DNA from: Chitinophagales bacterium
Lineage (GTDB): Bacteria > Bacteroidota > Bacteroidia > Chitinophagales > JADIYW01
Direction: 5' to 3'
DNA: 64,000 nt
Assembly: GCA_020848475.1 (NCBI GenBank)
Contig: JADKZZ010000155.1
Location: 4,652 to 68,651 of the forward strand
The notes beneath the pieces were generated by a model. The model made no database searches. It saw only the letters and a program-made list of their open reading frames with translations, and was not told where the DNA came from. Positions 9,576 through 19,222 of this stretch are shown here, piece after piece. How positions within the stretch are numbered: the stretch's first letter is position 1; every line of letters starts with the position of its first letter. The translations under genes and the position numbers were made by a program.

Positions 9576-9580
9576 CAAAA

Positions 9581-9609
9581 AAGGTTCAGAAAAATCTGAA
9601 CCTTTTTTT
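9581..9609. terminator. intrinsic terminator after tRNA-Glu, shared with the convergent TPR gene
   Basis: Stem ggttcaga / tctgaacc (9583-9590 / 9595-9602) flanked by an upstream A-run and a downstream T7 run. Confidence 0.65.
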
Positions 9610-9627
9610 ATTCTCTTTCCCCTTAAA

Positions 9628-10365
9628 TTATTTATCACTTATTTCTTGTTCTGCACAGTTTTTCTTGACATACGCTTCTGCATCTACATATTGTAAAGCG
9701 ATTGCTTTCAACCAATCTGTGCATGCTTTTTCTGTTTCGCCTTCATAATAATAAAATTTCGCACGATTAAAATACGCTTCTGCAAATGCTGGCTGAATGC
9801 TGATTGCTTTATCAAAGTCTTCAAATGCTTTTTCTGTATTGCCATTAAAATAAAAACAGATTGCACGTGCATTATACATACCTGCATCATTACTATTTAA
9901 TGCAATAGCTCGATTATAAAAGTCGATTGCGCTCTCATAGTTACCCTCAATTTTTTTACATAAGCCTTCGTAATAAAGCGCTTCCGCTTGTTCTGTATTG
10001 ATTGCTAATGTTTTTTCAATATCTTTCATGGCTGATTCATAATCTCCAATTGCATACCACGATTTACCTTTGATTAGATATGCTTCATATCCGTTTTCAT
10101 TTAATGAAAGTGCCGAACTAGCATTGCGTATCGCGTCAGAATAATTAGAAGTCAGATAAAATATTGAAGCACGCAAAAGATAAGCATCATAAGTTGGACT
10201 CAATAATATAGCTGCGTTTACATCTTGTAATGCATCAGCGTAATCGCCAATTTTGTGCTTTGCAGATGCCGCTTGTAAATAAGCTTCAGCGGTTTGTGCA
10301 TTACTGTTATATACAGACAGTATAACAAACACTACTAAGCCTAATTTTTGTAAAATATTTTTCAT
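9628..10365 (-). CDS. tetratricopeptide-repeat (TPR) protein with signal peptide
   Basis: 245-aa ORF with N-terminal signal MKNILQKLGLVVFVILSVYNSNA. It then carries repeated approximately 34-aa units with the A..Y..A...P....AY.NRG-like pattern. Confidence 0.8.
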   Translation of the reverse strand: MKNILQKLGLVVFVILSVYNSNAQTAEAYLQAASAKHKIGDYADALQDVNAAILLSPTYDAYLLRASIFYLTSNYSDAIRNASSALSLNENGYEAYLIKGKSWYAIGDYESAMKDIEKTLAINTEQAEALYYEGLCKKIEGNYESAIDFYNRAIALNSNDAGMYNARAICFYFNGNTEKAFEDFDKAISIQPAFAEAYFNRAKFYYYEGETEKACTDWLKAIALQYVDAEAYVKKNCAEQEISDK

Positions 10366-10549
10366 ATAAAATAGTATTGACAGCTAAAATTAATAAAAAA
10401 TTGCAGTATAACTAATAACTGTAAAATTTCTAATTAAATAGAAATAATAAATAATAATTTCAAAATGATGTACATTATTTAAAAGTACTGTTGTCTTGGC
10501 ATTTAATTTGTTTTATTTTGCAAACCTATAAAAGGTAAAAACAGGCAAC

Positions 10550-11722
10550 ATGAAAAAAGTATTCCTCTTCTTATTTTGTTTTTTCTCAATATCCATCAAT
10601 ATGATTGCAAATAACATCGTTGTAGGTGCTGAGAGAATAGACCAATATTTACCATTTTTAAAAGGGAAAAAAGTTGGATTAGTCGTCAACCAAACGTCAA
10701 GCATTGGCAATACGCATTTACTTGACACATTATTACAGTTACAAATAAATGTATCCTGTGTTTTTGCACCTGAACATGGTTTTAGAGGCACTGCCGATGC
10801 AGGCGAACATGTGAAGAATGGCATTGATCCCAAAACGAAGACTACGATTATTTCGCTATATGGAGACAATAAAAAACCGAAAGTAACACAACTAAAAAAT
10901 ATAGATGTTGTCCTGTTTGACATACAAGATGTTGGCGTTCGTTTTTACACCTATATTTCTACCTTGCAATACGTAATGGAAGCATGTGCGGAGAACAAGA
11001 AGGCACTCATTATTCTGGACAGACCGAATCCAAATGGACATTATGTTGATGGTCCAGTTTTAGATACAATAAATAGAAGTTTTGTTGGCATGCAGGCTAT
11101 TCCAATTGTGCATGGTATGACCATTGGCGAGTATGCGAATATGTTAAACGGCGAAAAATGGTTAGCCAATAAATTACACTGCAATTTGACTGTAATTAAA
11201 TGTATTAACTACGACCATAAAACATTTTACAACTTGCCTATAAAACCTTCGCCAAACTTACCGAATATGGCAGCAATCTACTTATATCCGAGCTTATGTT
11301 TTTTTGAAGGAACAGATCATGTTAGCTTAGGCAGAGGAACGAATAAGCCTTTTCAGATTTATGGCAGCAATGTTTTTACAAGAAAATTGCCATATTCCTT
11401 CACGCCAAAACCAGTAGAAGGCGCAAAAAATCCGCCTTTATTAGATAAGATATGCTATGGATATGATTTAAGCAAATTGTCTTTAGATAGTTTACGTAAG
11501 CAAAAATTTACATTAAAGTATGTCTTAAAAGCCTATCAGATGACACCTGATAGTATTTCTTTTTTCAACAATTTTTTTGTAAAGCTAAGTGGCACTGATG
11601 TTTTAACAACACAAATTAAATCTGGCCTAAATGAAAAAGTCATAAAAGCATCTTGGAAAGAAAAAATTATTCAATTTAAGGCAATACGTAAGAAGTATTT
11701 GCTTTATGCTGATTTTGAGTAA
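10550..11722 (+). CDS. DUF1343 family protein (NamZ-like exo-beta-N-acetylmuramidase family)
   Basis: 390-aa ORF with a signal peptide. The blocks GLVVNQTS, FAPEHGFRG, DIQDVGVRFYTYISTL and LDRPNP are those I associate with DUF1343/NamZ. Confidence 0.7.
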   Translation: MKKVFLFLFCFFSISINMIANNIVVGAERIDQYLPFLKGKKVGLVVNQTSSIGNTHLLDTLLQLQINVSCVFAPEHGFRGTADAGEHVKNGIDPKTKTTIISLYGDNKKPKVTQLKNIDVVLFDIQDVGVRFYTYISTLQYVMEACAENKKALIILDRPNPNGHYVDGPVLDTINRSFVGMQAIPIVHGMTIGEYANMLNGEKWLANKLHCNLTVIKCINYDHKTFYNLPIKPSPNLPNMAAIYLYPSLCFFEGTDHVSLGRGTNKPFQIYGSNVFTRKLPYSFTPKPVEGAKNPPLLDKICYGYDLSKLSLDSLRKQKFTLKYVLKAYQMTPDSISFFNNFFVKLSGTDVLTTQIKSGLNEKVIKASWKEKIIQFKAIRKKYLLYADFE

Positions 11723-11725
11723 AGA

Positions 11726-12073
11726 CTACAAATGAAGTTTTGCTTTTTTAGCTAATAACTCTTCTTCCGTTTCTACATGATCATCATCTAAAATACAGCA
11801 ATCAACAGGGCAAACCGCAGCGCATTGTGGCTCTTCATGGAAACCTTTACATTCTGTGCATTTATCAGTTACTATAAAATATACGTCATTAGATACAGGT
11901 TTGTGTTTGAATTCTGCATCAACAACACTTCCATCCATTAAAATATAATCGCCTTTTAAAGAAGTTCCATCACTCATTGCCCACTCAATGCCACCTTCAT
12001 AGATTGCATTATTCGGACATTCCGGTTCGCAAGCACCACAATTAATACATTCGTCAGTTATACGTATAGCCAT
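11726..12073 (-). CDS. 4Fe-4S dicluster ferredoxin
   Basis: Two CxxCxxCxxxCP-type motifs ([12 protein letters not shown] and CTECKG...CAAVCP). I place the start at MAIRITDE (ATG 12073-12071). The track ORF extends 17 hydrophobic-poor codons further, to 12124. Confidence 0.85.
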   Translation of the reverse strand: MAIRITDECINCGACEPECPNNAIYEGGIEWAMSDGTSLKGDYILMDGSVVDAEFKHKPVSNDVYFIVTDKCTECKGFHEEPQCAAVCPVDCCILDDDHVETEEELLAKKAKLHL

Positions 12074-12139
12074 TTTATGTAAGTTTGATACAAAAATAAA
12101 CATAGATACCATTTTCGGTAGCATATAATTAATAATTTT

Positions 12140-13147
12140 GTGTTAATGAATTTCCAAAAACAAATAGCTGCCTTTGTTGCCTTAGGTGATTACATTCTTA
12201 GTAATCCAACTGATTTACAAGAAATTACACACAAAAGCTATCTACATAACACTTGGTTTACCAAAGTAAACACAGAAAAAGCATTGCAAAATATTGCGAC
12301 AGCATTTTTACAAAAAGAAAAATTAGAAAATTGGTTATATACGTATGCCGAAAATTTAGACAAGCACACAGCAAAAACATTTGCGATAGTGGCAGCAGGA
12401 AATATACCATTAGTAGCTTTTCATGATGTGTTGTGCGTACTAATAAGTGGCAATCAATTACAAATAAAATTATCCGATAAAGACAAATTTATATTGCCAT
12501 TTTTATTTGACAAATTAGTTGAATTTGAGCCCACCTTTGAAGGTAAAATAAGCATGCCTTTTAAGCTAGAAAATTTTGATGCCATCATCGCAACTGGCAG
12601 CAACAATTCTGCAAAATATTTTGAGCATTACTTTAGTAAATACAAAAATATAATTCGCAAAAACAGAAATTCTGTTGCCATTTTAAGTGGATATGAAAGC
12701 AAATTAGATATTGAAAATTTAGGACATGATATTTTCGATTATTTTGGATTAGGCTGTCGAAATGTATCTAAAATTTTTGTTCCTGAGTCTTACGATTTAT
12801 TACAACTGAAAGAAGGCTTTGAAAAACACAAAGACATCATGCAGCACACACAATACATGAATAATTTAGATTATCAACGCACTGTATATTTGATGAATCA
12901 AATACCATTGGTCGATATCGATTTTATCAATATAGTAGAAAATCCGAGCATGCACTCTCCTATTTCGTGCTTACATGTGGAGCGTTATAAAGACATAGAC
13001 ATGGTGAACAATAGTATTATCGAAAACAAAGACGAATTGCAATGTGTTGTAGGAAAAAACTATCTTTCATTTGGCAGCAGCCAGCAACCAGCATTGTCTG
13101 ATTATGCTGACGATGTGGATACTTTAGCATTTATTTTATCAAACTAA
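12140..13147 (+). CDS. LuxC-like acyl-CoA reductase family protein
   Basis: 335-aa ORF. Blocks such as [13 protein letters not shown] and [13 protein letters not shown] resemble the acyl-CoA reductase (LuxC) family annotated in Bacteroidota. The track start is GTG 12140, and ATG at 12146 is an alternative. Confidence 0.55.
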   Translation: MLMNFQKQIAAFVALGDYILSNPTDLQEITHKSYLHNTWFTKVNTEKALQNIATAFLQKEKLENWLYTYAENLDKHTAKTFAIVAAGNIPLVAFHDVLCVLISGNQLQIKLSDKDKFILPFLFDKLVEFEPTFEGKISMPFKLENFDAIIATGSNNSAKYFEHYFSKYKNIIRKNRNSVAILSGYESKLDIENLGHDIFDYFGLGCRNVSKIFVPESYDLLQLKEGFEKHKDIMQHTQYMNNLDYQRTVYLMNQIPLVDIDFINIVENPSMHSPISCLHVERYKDIDMVNNSIIENKDELQCVVGKNYLSFGSSQQPALSDYADDVDTLAFILSN

Positions 13148-13157
13148 AAAAAGAGAA

Positions 13158-13736
13158 ATGAGTAGTTCAACATATATCTGTGAACAATGTGGCAGTGCAA
13201 GTTATGAGCAATTTTCGCGTACACAAGTACGTTGCTTACAATGTAGCACAGTAAGTGAATTTAATACTGGCTATACGCCAATGCCAGACTTCCAACTGAG
13301 TGTAGATGTTGACTTACTCAATATCGAAAATAAAAAAACAACACCAACTTCAATTGCAAAAAGAATCATTAATTATTTCATCGATTTGCTAATTATTAGT
13401 TTCATATATGCTTTTTATAGTAGCTTTGGTGAGCAAGCAAAAACTGAAGAAATTACAACAAAAATTCCTGACAGCCAGCTATTAATACTATTGCTTATTT
13501 ATGGAGCTTACTATATATTTATGGAATATAAATTCGGGAAAACAATTGGTAAAATGATAACAAAAACAAAAGTTATTTCAATTGATAATTCAGCATTAAG
13601 CTTACTGCAATGCATAGGCAGATTTTTGTGTAGAATAATTCCTTTTGAAGCGGTAAGTGGATTATTTATGAATGGCAATTTCTGGCATGATTCAATTCCA
13701 CGCACAATGGTTGTTGATGACAATAATATAAATTAA
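13158..13736 (+). CDS. RDD family membrane protein with N-terminal zinc-ribbon
   Basis: 192-aa ORF. The N-terminus CEQCG...x14...CLQCS forms a CxxC pair. Next comes an RDD-like core (KRIINYFIDLLI..., GKTIGKMITKTKVI, CRIIPFE, HDSIPRTMVV) with predicted TM helices. Confidence 0.55.
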   Translation: MSSSTYICEQCGSASYEQFSRTQVRCLQCSTVSEFNTGYTPMPDFQLSVDVDLLNIENKKTTPTSIAKRIINYFIDLLIISFIYAFYSSFGEQAKTEEITTKIPDSQLLILLLIYGAYYIFMEYKFGKTIGKMITKTKVISIDNSALSLLQCIGRFLCRIIPFEAVSGLFMNGNFWHDSIPRTMVVDDNNIN

Positions 13737-13741
13737 TACAA

Positions 13742-14236
13742 ATGCAAATTCGATTATTTATAACAGGTGGCACATTCGACAAAGAATACAACGAGCTAGA
13801 TGGTACTTTATTTTTTGAAGACACACACGTGCCGGAAATGTTGGAATTAGGAAGATGTAAATTAGACGTAAACATTAGAACACTAATGATGATTGATAGC
13901 TTGCAAATGAGTGATGACGATCGTGTTATTATAGCACATAATTGCTTGCAATGCGATGAGGAAAAAATTGTCATCACACATGGCACTGACACCATGGTGG
14001 AGACAGCAAAAGTATTAGCAGAAAAAATAAACAATAAAACAATTGTACTTACTGGCGCCATGATTCCTTATAAATTTGGAAGCTCAGATGGTTTATTCAA
14101 TCTTGGTGCAGCATTGGCTTATGTGCAAACGCTTCCCAATGGCATTTATATTGCCATGAATGGACAAATTTTCAACTGGAATAATGTTCGTAAAAACAAA
14201 GCATTAGGCTTGTTTGAGCCACTACAAGAATCTTAA
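13742..14236 (+). CDS. short asparaginase-domain protein (N-terminal asparaginase/glutaminase domain only)
   Basis: 164-aa ORF with ITGGTFDK (TGGT active-site Thr motif) and ITHGTDTM (HGTDT motif) of the L-asparaginase family. It lacks the C-terminal domain. It starts 5 nt after the RDD gene. Confidence 0.7.
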   Translation: MQIRLFITGGTFDKEYNELDGTLFFEDTHVPEMLELGRCKLDVNIRTLMMIDSLQMSDDDRVIIAHNCLQCDEEKIVITHGTDTMVETAKVLAEKINNKTIVLTGAMIPYKFGSSDGLFNLGAALAYVQTLPNGIYIAMNGQIFNWNNVRKNKALGLFEPLQES

Positions 14237-14244
14237 AAAAAGTA

Positions 14245-15369
14245 TTATAACTTCTCTTTTATTTTAGAAATGACATAGTCAACTTCTTCTTTTGTATTGT
14301 GTTTTGAAAAAGAAAATCGAATAGAAACACGATTTTCATCTTTAGCAAGTGCGCTAATAACATGCGAACCAGCAGACGCGCCGCTGCCACAAGCGCTGCC
14401 ACCACTACAACAAATACCATCAATGTCTAACATAAACAACAACAATGCTGCCTTATCGCTTGGCGGGAATGATACATTCAGCACAGTAAATAAGCTATTT
14501 TCATCTATATTTCCATTAAAATCAATATCTTGAAAATTAGCTTGCAATTGTTGTATAAAATAATTTTTTAAACCTAAAATATAAGCTTTATCATTTTCCA
14601 GGTTATCATATGCCTTTTTAGCCGCGGCAGCCATGCCCACAATACCATAAACGTTTTCTGTACCAGCACGAAAACCACGCTCCTGTCCGCCGCCATGAAT
14701 GTATGCTTGTAATTTGTGTTGCTTACGCATATACAAAAATCCAATACCTTTTGGTCCGTGAAATTTATGTGCAGCGCCTGAAATAAAATCTACATTCATC
14801 TTTTGAACATCAATAGGAAAATGAGCGAATGTTTGCACTGTATCTGAATGAAATAATGCATTATATTTTTTGCATAGTGCACCAACACGTTCTGCATCGA
14901 GCAAGGTTCCAATTTCGTTATTTGCATGCATTAGCGATACTAATGTTTTTTTAGATGATGATTGAAGCAATGTTTCTAAATCATCAAAATCAATATTTCC
15001 TTTATCATCAATCTTTACAAAAGCAGTTTCTACTTGTAGATGATCTCTGCAAAAATCAACAGAATATTCAACACAATGATGTTCGATTGGAGAAGTGATG
15101 ATGCGCTCAACTCCTAAATAATTTACCGCACCTTTAATAACCATATTATTCGACTCTGTAGCACCTGAAGTAAAAATCACTTCGCTTGCTTGCGCATTGA
15201 TAAGTTGTGCAATTTCCTTTCTCGCTTCTTCAATTGCTGCACGTGTATCGCGGCCATAAGAATATTGAGTAGATGGATTTCCAAAATGCTCTTTTAAATA
15301 AGGCATCATCGCTGTTAAAACATCTTCATCTAATGGTGTCGTTGCAGCGTTATCGAAATAAACTTTCAT
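14245..15369 (-). CDS. cysteine desulfurase (NifS/IscS-like, class V aminotransferase)
   Basis: 374-aa ORF with FTSGATESNN, SGAAHKFHGPKGIG (PLP Lys) and the active-site loop CSSGSAC. Confidence 0.85.
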   Translation of the reverse strand: MKVYFDNAATTPLDEDVLTAMMPYLKEHFGNPSTQYSYGRDTRAAIEEARKEIAQLINAQASEVIFTSGATESNNMVIKGAVNYLGVERIITSPIEHHCVEYSVDFCRDHLQVETAFVKIDDKGNIDFDDLETLLQSSSKKTLVSLMHANNEIGTLLDAERVGALCKKYNALFHSDTVQTFAHFPIDVQKMNVDFISGAAHKFHGPKGIGFLYMRKQHKLQAYIHGGGQERGFRAGTENVYGIVGMAAAAKKAYDNLENDKAYILGLKNYFIQQLQANFQDIDFNGNIDENSLFTVLNVSFPPSDKAALLLFMLDIDGICCSGGSACGSGASAGSHVISALAKDENRVSIRFSFSKHNTKEEVDYVISKIKEKL

Positions 15370-15440
15370 GTGAAAAGGATAAATTAATGATACGCAAAGT
15401 TACAAAACAATTTTAGTTGTTATAACAAGCAACATAAACT

Positions 15441-16643
15441 TTACAATGCCTGTTGAAGTTGAATACGAAATGTAGTTCCTTTTGGTGATGATTCTTTAAC
15501 AAATATTTTACCGTGATGATATTCTTCCACGATACGTCGAGCCAGTGTTAATCCAAGACCCCAACCTCGTTTTTTTGTGCTATATCCAGGCTCAAAAATT
15601 TGTTCAAATTTATTTTTTGGCACTCCTTTTCCTGTATCGTTGATATCAATAAAAATAAAGCCATCATATTCAAACGCTTTGACATGAATTTCGCCCTTGT
15701 CGTCCATAGCATCAAGTGCATTTTTCATTAAATTTTCCAAAACCCATTCAAATAATGGTGGATTTAACATCGCGAACAAATTGATATTGGTATCTTTTTC
15801 CAAGTAAATATTGATGCGTTTCGATGCTCGTTTCGAAATATAATCTACGCCATTTTGTAACACATCAATAATTCTACATTTTTCTAACTCTGGAACCGAA
15901 CCTATTTTCGAAAAGCGTTCTGCAATCAACACCAATCTATCGATATCTTTTTGCATTTCATCAAACATAAGCGCATCATCGTCGCTGTTTAGTTTTTCTC
16001 TTAAAATATCAATCCATGCCGTTAATGACGAAAGTGGTGTGCCTAACTGATGTGCTGTTTCTTTTGCCAATCCAACCCAAACTTGATTTTGCTCTGCTCT
16101 TCGTGCAGAGGTAAAGGCTGCATAGCTGATGACAAAGAACAACGCGACTAAAGCCAGCACATAAAAAGGATATTTACGAATGCTCACCAACAAATCGGAA
16201 TCTTTATAATACAGATATTGTTTTTGCTCATCTGGAAGCAACACTACAATAAATTGTTCTTTCGTTTTGAGTTTTTTTAATTCAGCTGCTAAGTAATTCT
16301 TGTTTCTATTAATTTTTAGGGAATCAAAATTTTTTGCAGCCAATATTTCATCTTTACTATTTGCCCAAATCACAGGAATGGTGGCGTTCAATTTAATTTT
16401 ATCTAATGCCTTTGAAAGCTCAAGCTCATCAGAAGTATTGCTATTCAATAAATTATATGCACTTGCAATTTCTTCTGCTTTTTTTATTTCCTCTTTGGCG
16501 ATGTAATCCGCTAAGCGATGCGTGTACCAAAGTGTAAAAATGACAATACTCACTGCAAATAAGAACAGTATAATTTTCCATCTTTTCCTATTTTGAAAGT
16601 ATGACATTGAAATAAAAATAGTGTTAATGTAAAGATTACACAT
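15441..16643 (-). CDS. sensor histidine kinase (HisKA + HATPase_c), two TM segments
   Basis: 400-aa ORF with H-box ETAHQLGTPLSSL, N-box NLMKNALDAM, and G-boxes DTGKGVP and GWGLGL. The start may be the internal MSYFQNRK (16607). Confidence 0.8.
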   Translation of the reverse strand: MCNLYINTIFISMSYFQNRKRWKIILFLFAVSIVIFTLWYTHRLADYIAKEEIKKAEEIASAYNLLNSNTSDELELSKALDKIKLNATIPVIWANSKDEILAAKNFDSLKINRNKNYLAAELKKLKTKEQFIVVLLPDEQKQYLYYKDSDLLVSIRKYPFYVLALVALFFVISYAAFTSARRAEQNQVWVGLAKETAHQLGTPLSSLTAWIDILREKLNSDDDALMFDEMQKDIDRLVLIAERFSKIGSVPELEKCRIIDVLQNGVDYISKRASKRINIYLEKDTNINLFAMLNPPLFEWVLENLMKNALDAMDDKGEIHVKAFEYDGFIFIDINDTGKGVPKNKFEQIFEPGYSTKKRGWGLGLTLARRIVEEYHHGKIFVKESSPKGTTFRIQLQQAL

Positions 16644-16682
16644 TTTTTTTTAATACTTGCTTGTTTATGAAAAACTATTTTA

Positions 16683-16690
16683 TATCTTTG
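16683..16690 (+). promoter_or_regulatory. -7 promoter box (TATCTTTG) for tRNA-Val
   Basis: TAnnTTTG match 18 nt upstream of the tRNA 5' end, followed by CACTC. Confidence 0.55.
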
Positions 16691-16708
16691 CACTCTCTTT
16701 AAAAAAGA

Positions 16709-16783
16709 GGGCGCATAGCTCAGCTGGTTCAGAGCACCTGCCTTACAAGCAGGGGGTCCGCGGTTCGAACCCGTGTGCGCCCA
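16709..16783 (+). tRNA. tRNA-Val (anticodon UAC)
   Basis: Hand fold. Acceptor is GGGCGCA/TGCGCCC, the D arm contains TAGCTCAGCTGGTTCAGAGC, the anticodon stem is CCTGC/GCAGG with loop CTTACAA, and the T arm is CGCGG-TTCGAAC-CCGTG. It is 75 nt. Confidence 0.9.
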
Positions 16784-16788
16784 CTACG

Positions 16789-16823
16789 AAATACCATTCA
16801 ATAACTGAATGGTATTTTTTTTA
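16789..16823 (+). terminator. intrinsic terminator after tRNA-Val
   Basis: Stem aataccattca / tgaatggtatt with a 5-nt loop, followed by a T8 run. Confidence 0.7.
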
Positions 16824-16830
16824 ATAAAAA

Positions 16831-16874
16831 TACATTTGCAACATAGTTGCATTTGGATATTCTTACTATATTTG
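16831..16874 (+). promoter_or_regulatory. two candidate -7 boxes upstream of the TonB-dependent receptor gene (TACATTTG 16831-16838 and TATATTTG 16867-16874)
   Basis: Both match TAnnTTTG. The proximal box ends only 5 nt before the ATG at 16880, and the distal box would give a leader of about 35 nt. Confidence 0.45.
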
Positions 16875-16879
16875 CAATC

Positions 16880-19204
16880 ATGTTGCAAAAACTCATTGCT
16901 ATTTATTTCTTAGTTTTCAATGCACTAACATATGCTCAAGATTGTGATATTCAAATAAAAGGAAATATTTTAGATGAGCACGATAAATCTGCATTAGAAT
17001 ATGCAACTGTATATATTCAAGAATTAAGTTTTGGCGTCAGCGCAGATGCTAATGCATATTTTGTATTAGATAATTTATGTGCTGGAAAATATACATTTAT
17101 TGTAGAACATCTTGGATGCAAACCAGATACTATTATACTTACAATAACAAAATCAATCACAAAAAATTTTTACTTAGAACATCATGCTGAAGAATTAGCA
17201 GAAATAACAACAACTGCTTCAAAATTAGAAAAAGAAAATACACAAACAATCAATATTATCAATCAAAAAGAAATAAATAAGCTAGAGGGAAAAGATTTTG
17301 CTAGCATTTTATCCTCAGTAACAGGCGTAAATCAACTAAAAACAGGAACAAGCATTAGCAAGCCAATTATTAATGGTTTATATGGCGATAGAATTTTAAT
17401 AGTAAATAATGGTGTAAAATTGGAATCACAAAATTGGGGCACTGAACATGCAACAGAAATTAATCCCTTTGCTTCCTCTACTATTAAAGTAATAAAAGGT
17501 ATTGGTAGCCTAGAATACGGTACTGATGCATTGGCTGGAATGGTGTTAATAGAGCCATCTATCTTGAATAAATACAAACATATTACTTCATCAATTAGTT
17601 TAGTTGGACAAACTAATGGACGAAGCATTACTACTTCCGCAAAAATTGAACAAGGTTTCAAAAAACAAATAGCCTATTTTTTGCAAGGCACCTATAAACG
17701 TTCAGGCGACCAGCAAGCACCGCATTATAATTTATCTAATACAGGTTTACAAGAAGGAAATTTTTCTTCAGGCTTTGGTGTATTAAAAAATAGCTGGGAC
17801 ATCAATATTTATTATTCATTATTTCAACAACAAGTAGGTTTATTAAAGAGTTCGCACATTGGAAATTTAACGGATCTACAGAATGCCATAGAAAGTGACA
17901 CACCTTTAATAGTAAATAGGTTTACATACAATATCGAAAATCCAAAACAAAAAGTTGCGCATCATTTAGCGAAAATAAATGTTGTAAAATATTTTAAAAA
18001 TCAAAATCATTTAGCTTTTACTTATTCATTTCAATTAAACAAGAGAAAAGAGTTTGATATTCGTCGTGGTGGTCGTTCTACTATTCCTTCGTTACACATG
18101 AATCTTTTTTCAAATAATTTTTCGGCAGCATATAAGCGAGCCAAACAATTTGCAAAAACAAATAGTCGTTTAGAAGGAAAAACAGGTATAAATTTCTTAA
18201 TGAAATTAAATGAAAATAATCCTGAAACTGGTATTCGGCCCTTGATACCTGATTATTATCAGTACAACTTCGGTGTGTTTGATATGGAGAAATTCATTAT
18301 TAAAAATTTCATCATTGAATTTGGTGCTAGATATGATTTCACACAATTTCAAGCTTATAAATTTGACAGAAATAATCAGCTACAAAAACCAGTATTTAAT
18401 TTTCACACGTATGCTGCAAATATTGGCGGAAGTTGGATAAATAATTCTAATAATATTCAAGTACAATCAAATATCTCTTACAATTCGCGCTTCCCAAATA
18501 TCAGCGAATTATTTAGCGATGGTTTACACCACGGCATTGCTACATTAGAATTTGGAAATGACAAACTAAAGTCTGAACATGGTGTAAAATGGATAAACAC
18601 TGTAAGCATAAATTACAGAAAATTTATAAAAGCAGAAGCTAGCTTTTACATATCTAAAATAGTTGACTTCATCTATCTTGCACCACTGCCTGCACCAATA
18701 TTAACTATACGTGGCGCGTTTCCAGCATTTCAATTTTATCAAACTGATGCGCGCCTCTTAGGGTTTGATGCAACACTATATTCCGAGCCTACTTCATTCC
18801 TATCTCTAGTATTTCGTTCTTCAATTATAAGAGGCAGAAATACGAGTGCGAATGATAATTTAATTAACATGCCTTCTGACAGAGTCAGTGCTGCAATTGA
18901 TTTACATTTTGATTTTAAAAAAATAAAAAATGTTCATTTCGAAATGAATGTTCATCATGTTTTTAAACAAAATAAAACACCAAATCTAATTCGTGATTAC
19001 AAAGCCATACCAAATGCATACACAACACTAAATACAGATATAGGCTTTGATTATCTTGCTTCGGAGAAACATAAAATTTCATTTTCAGTCACAGGTGAAA
19101 ACATTACAAATGCCAATTATCGAGATTATCTAAACCGTTTTAGATATTACGCAGATGAGTTAGGTTGGAATTTAATATTCAGATTGAAATACATTTTTGG
19201 TTAA
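16880..19204 (+). CDS. TonB-dependent receptor with N-terminal CarboxypepD_reg-like domain
   Basis: The signal peptide MLQKLIAIYFLVFNALTYAQ starts at ATG 16880 (track ORF starts at TTG 16847). There is a CarboxypepD_reg-like IKGNILDE...YATVYI segment, a plug-like region (NGLYGDRILIVNNGVKLESQNWG) and a long beta-barrel ending in an aromatic terminal residue (...RLKYIFG). Confidence 0.85.
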   Translation: MLQKLIAIYFLVFNALTYAQDCDIQIKGNILDEHDKSALEYATVYIQELSFGVSADANAYFVLDNLCAGKYTFIVEHLGCKPDTIILTITKSITKNFYLEHHAEELAEITTTASKLEKENTQTINIINQKEINKLEGKDFASILSSVTGVNQLKTGTSISKPIINGLYGDRILIVNNGVKLESQNWGTEHATEINPFASSTIKVIKGIGSLEYGTDALAGMVLIEPSILNKYKHITSSISLVGQTNGRSITTSAKIEQGFKKQIAYFLQGTYKRSGDQQAPHYNLSNTGLQEGNFSSGFGVLKNSWDINIYYSLFQQQVGLLKSSHIGNLTDLQNAIESDTPLIVNRFTYNIENPKQKVAHHLAKINVVKYFKNQNHLAFTYSFQLNKRKEFDIRRGGRSTIPSLHMNLFSNNFSAAYKRAKQFAKTNSRLEGKTGINFLMKLNENNPETGIRPLIPDYYQYNFGVFDMEKFIIKNFIIEFGARYDFTQFQAYKFDRNNQLQKPVFNFHTYAANIGGSWINNSNNIQVQSNISYNSRFPNISELFSDGLHHGIATLEFGNDKLKSEHGVKWINTVSINYRKFIKAEASFYISKIVDFIYLAPLPAPILTIRGAFPAFQFYQTDARLLGFDATLYSEPTSFLSLVFRSSIIRGRNTSANDNLINMPSDRVSAAIDLHFDFKKIKNVHFEMNVHHVFKQNKTPNLIRDYKAIPNAYTTLNTDIGFDYLASEKHKISFSVTGENITNANYRDYLNRFRYYADELGWNLIFRLKYIFG

Positions 19205-19222
19205 CACTATAAATTAATTATT

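Noticed and set aside
9473-9748. 91-aa plus-strand ORF
   Set aside because: It reads straight through tRNA-Glu and its terminator and then antisense into the TPR gene. It is not a real CDS.
16867-16882. Apparent leaderless arrangement: -7 box TATATTTG ending 5 nt before the ATG of the TonB-dependent receptor
   Set aside because: A second equally good box (TACATTTG, 16831-16838) would give a normal leader of about 35 nt. Without TSS data the leaderless reading is not supportable.
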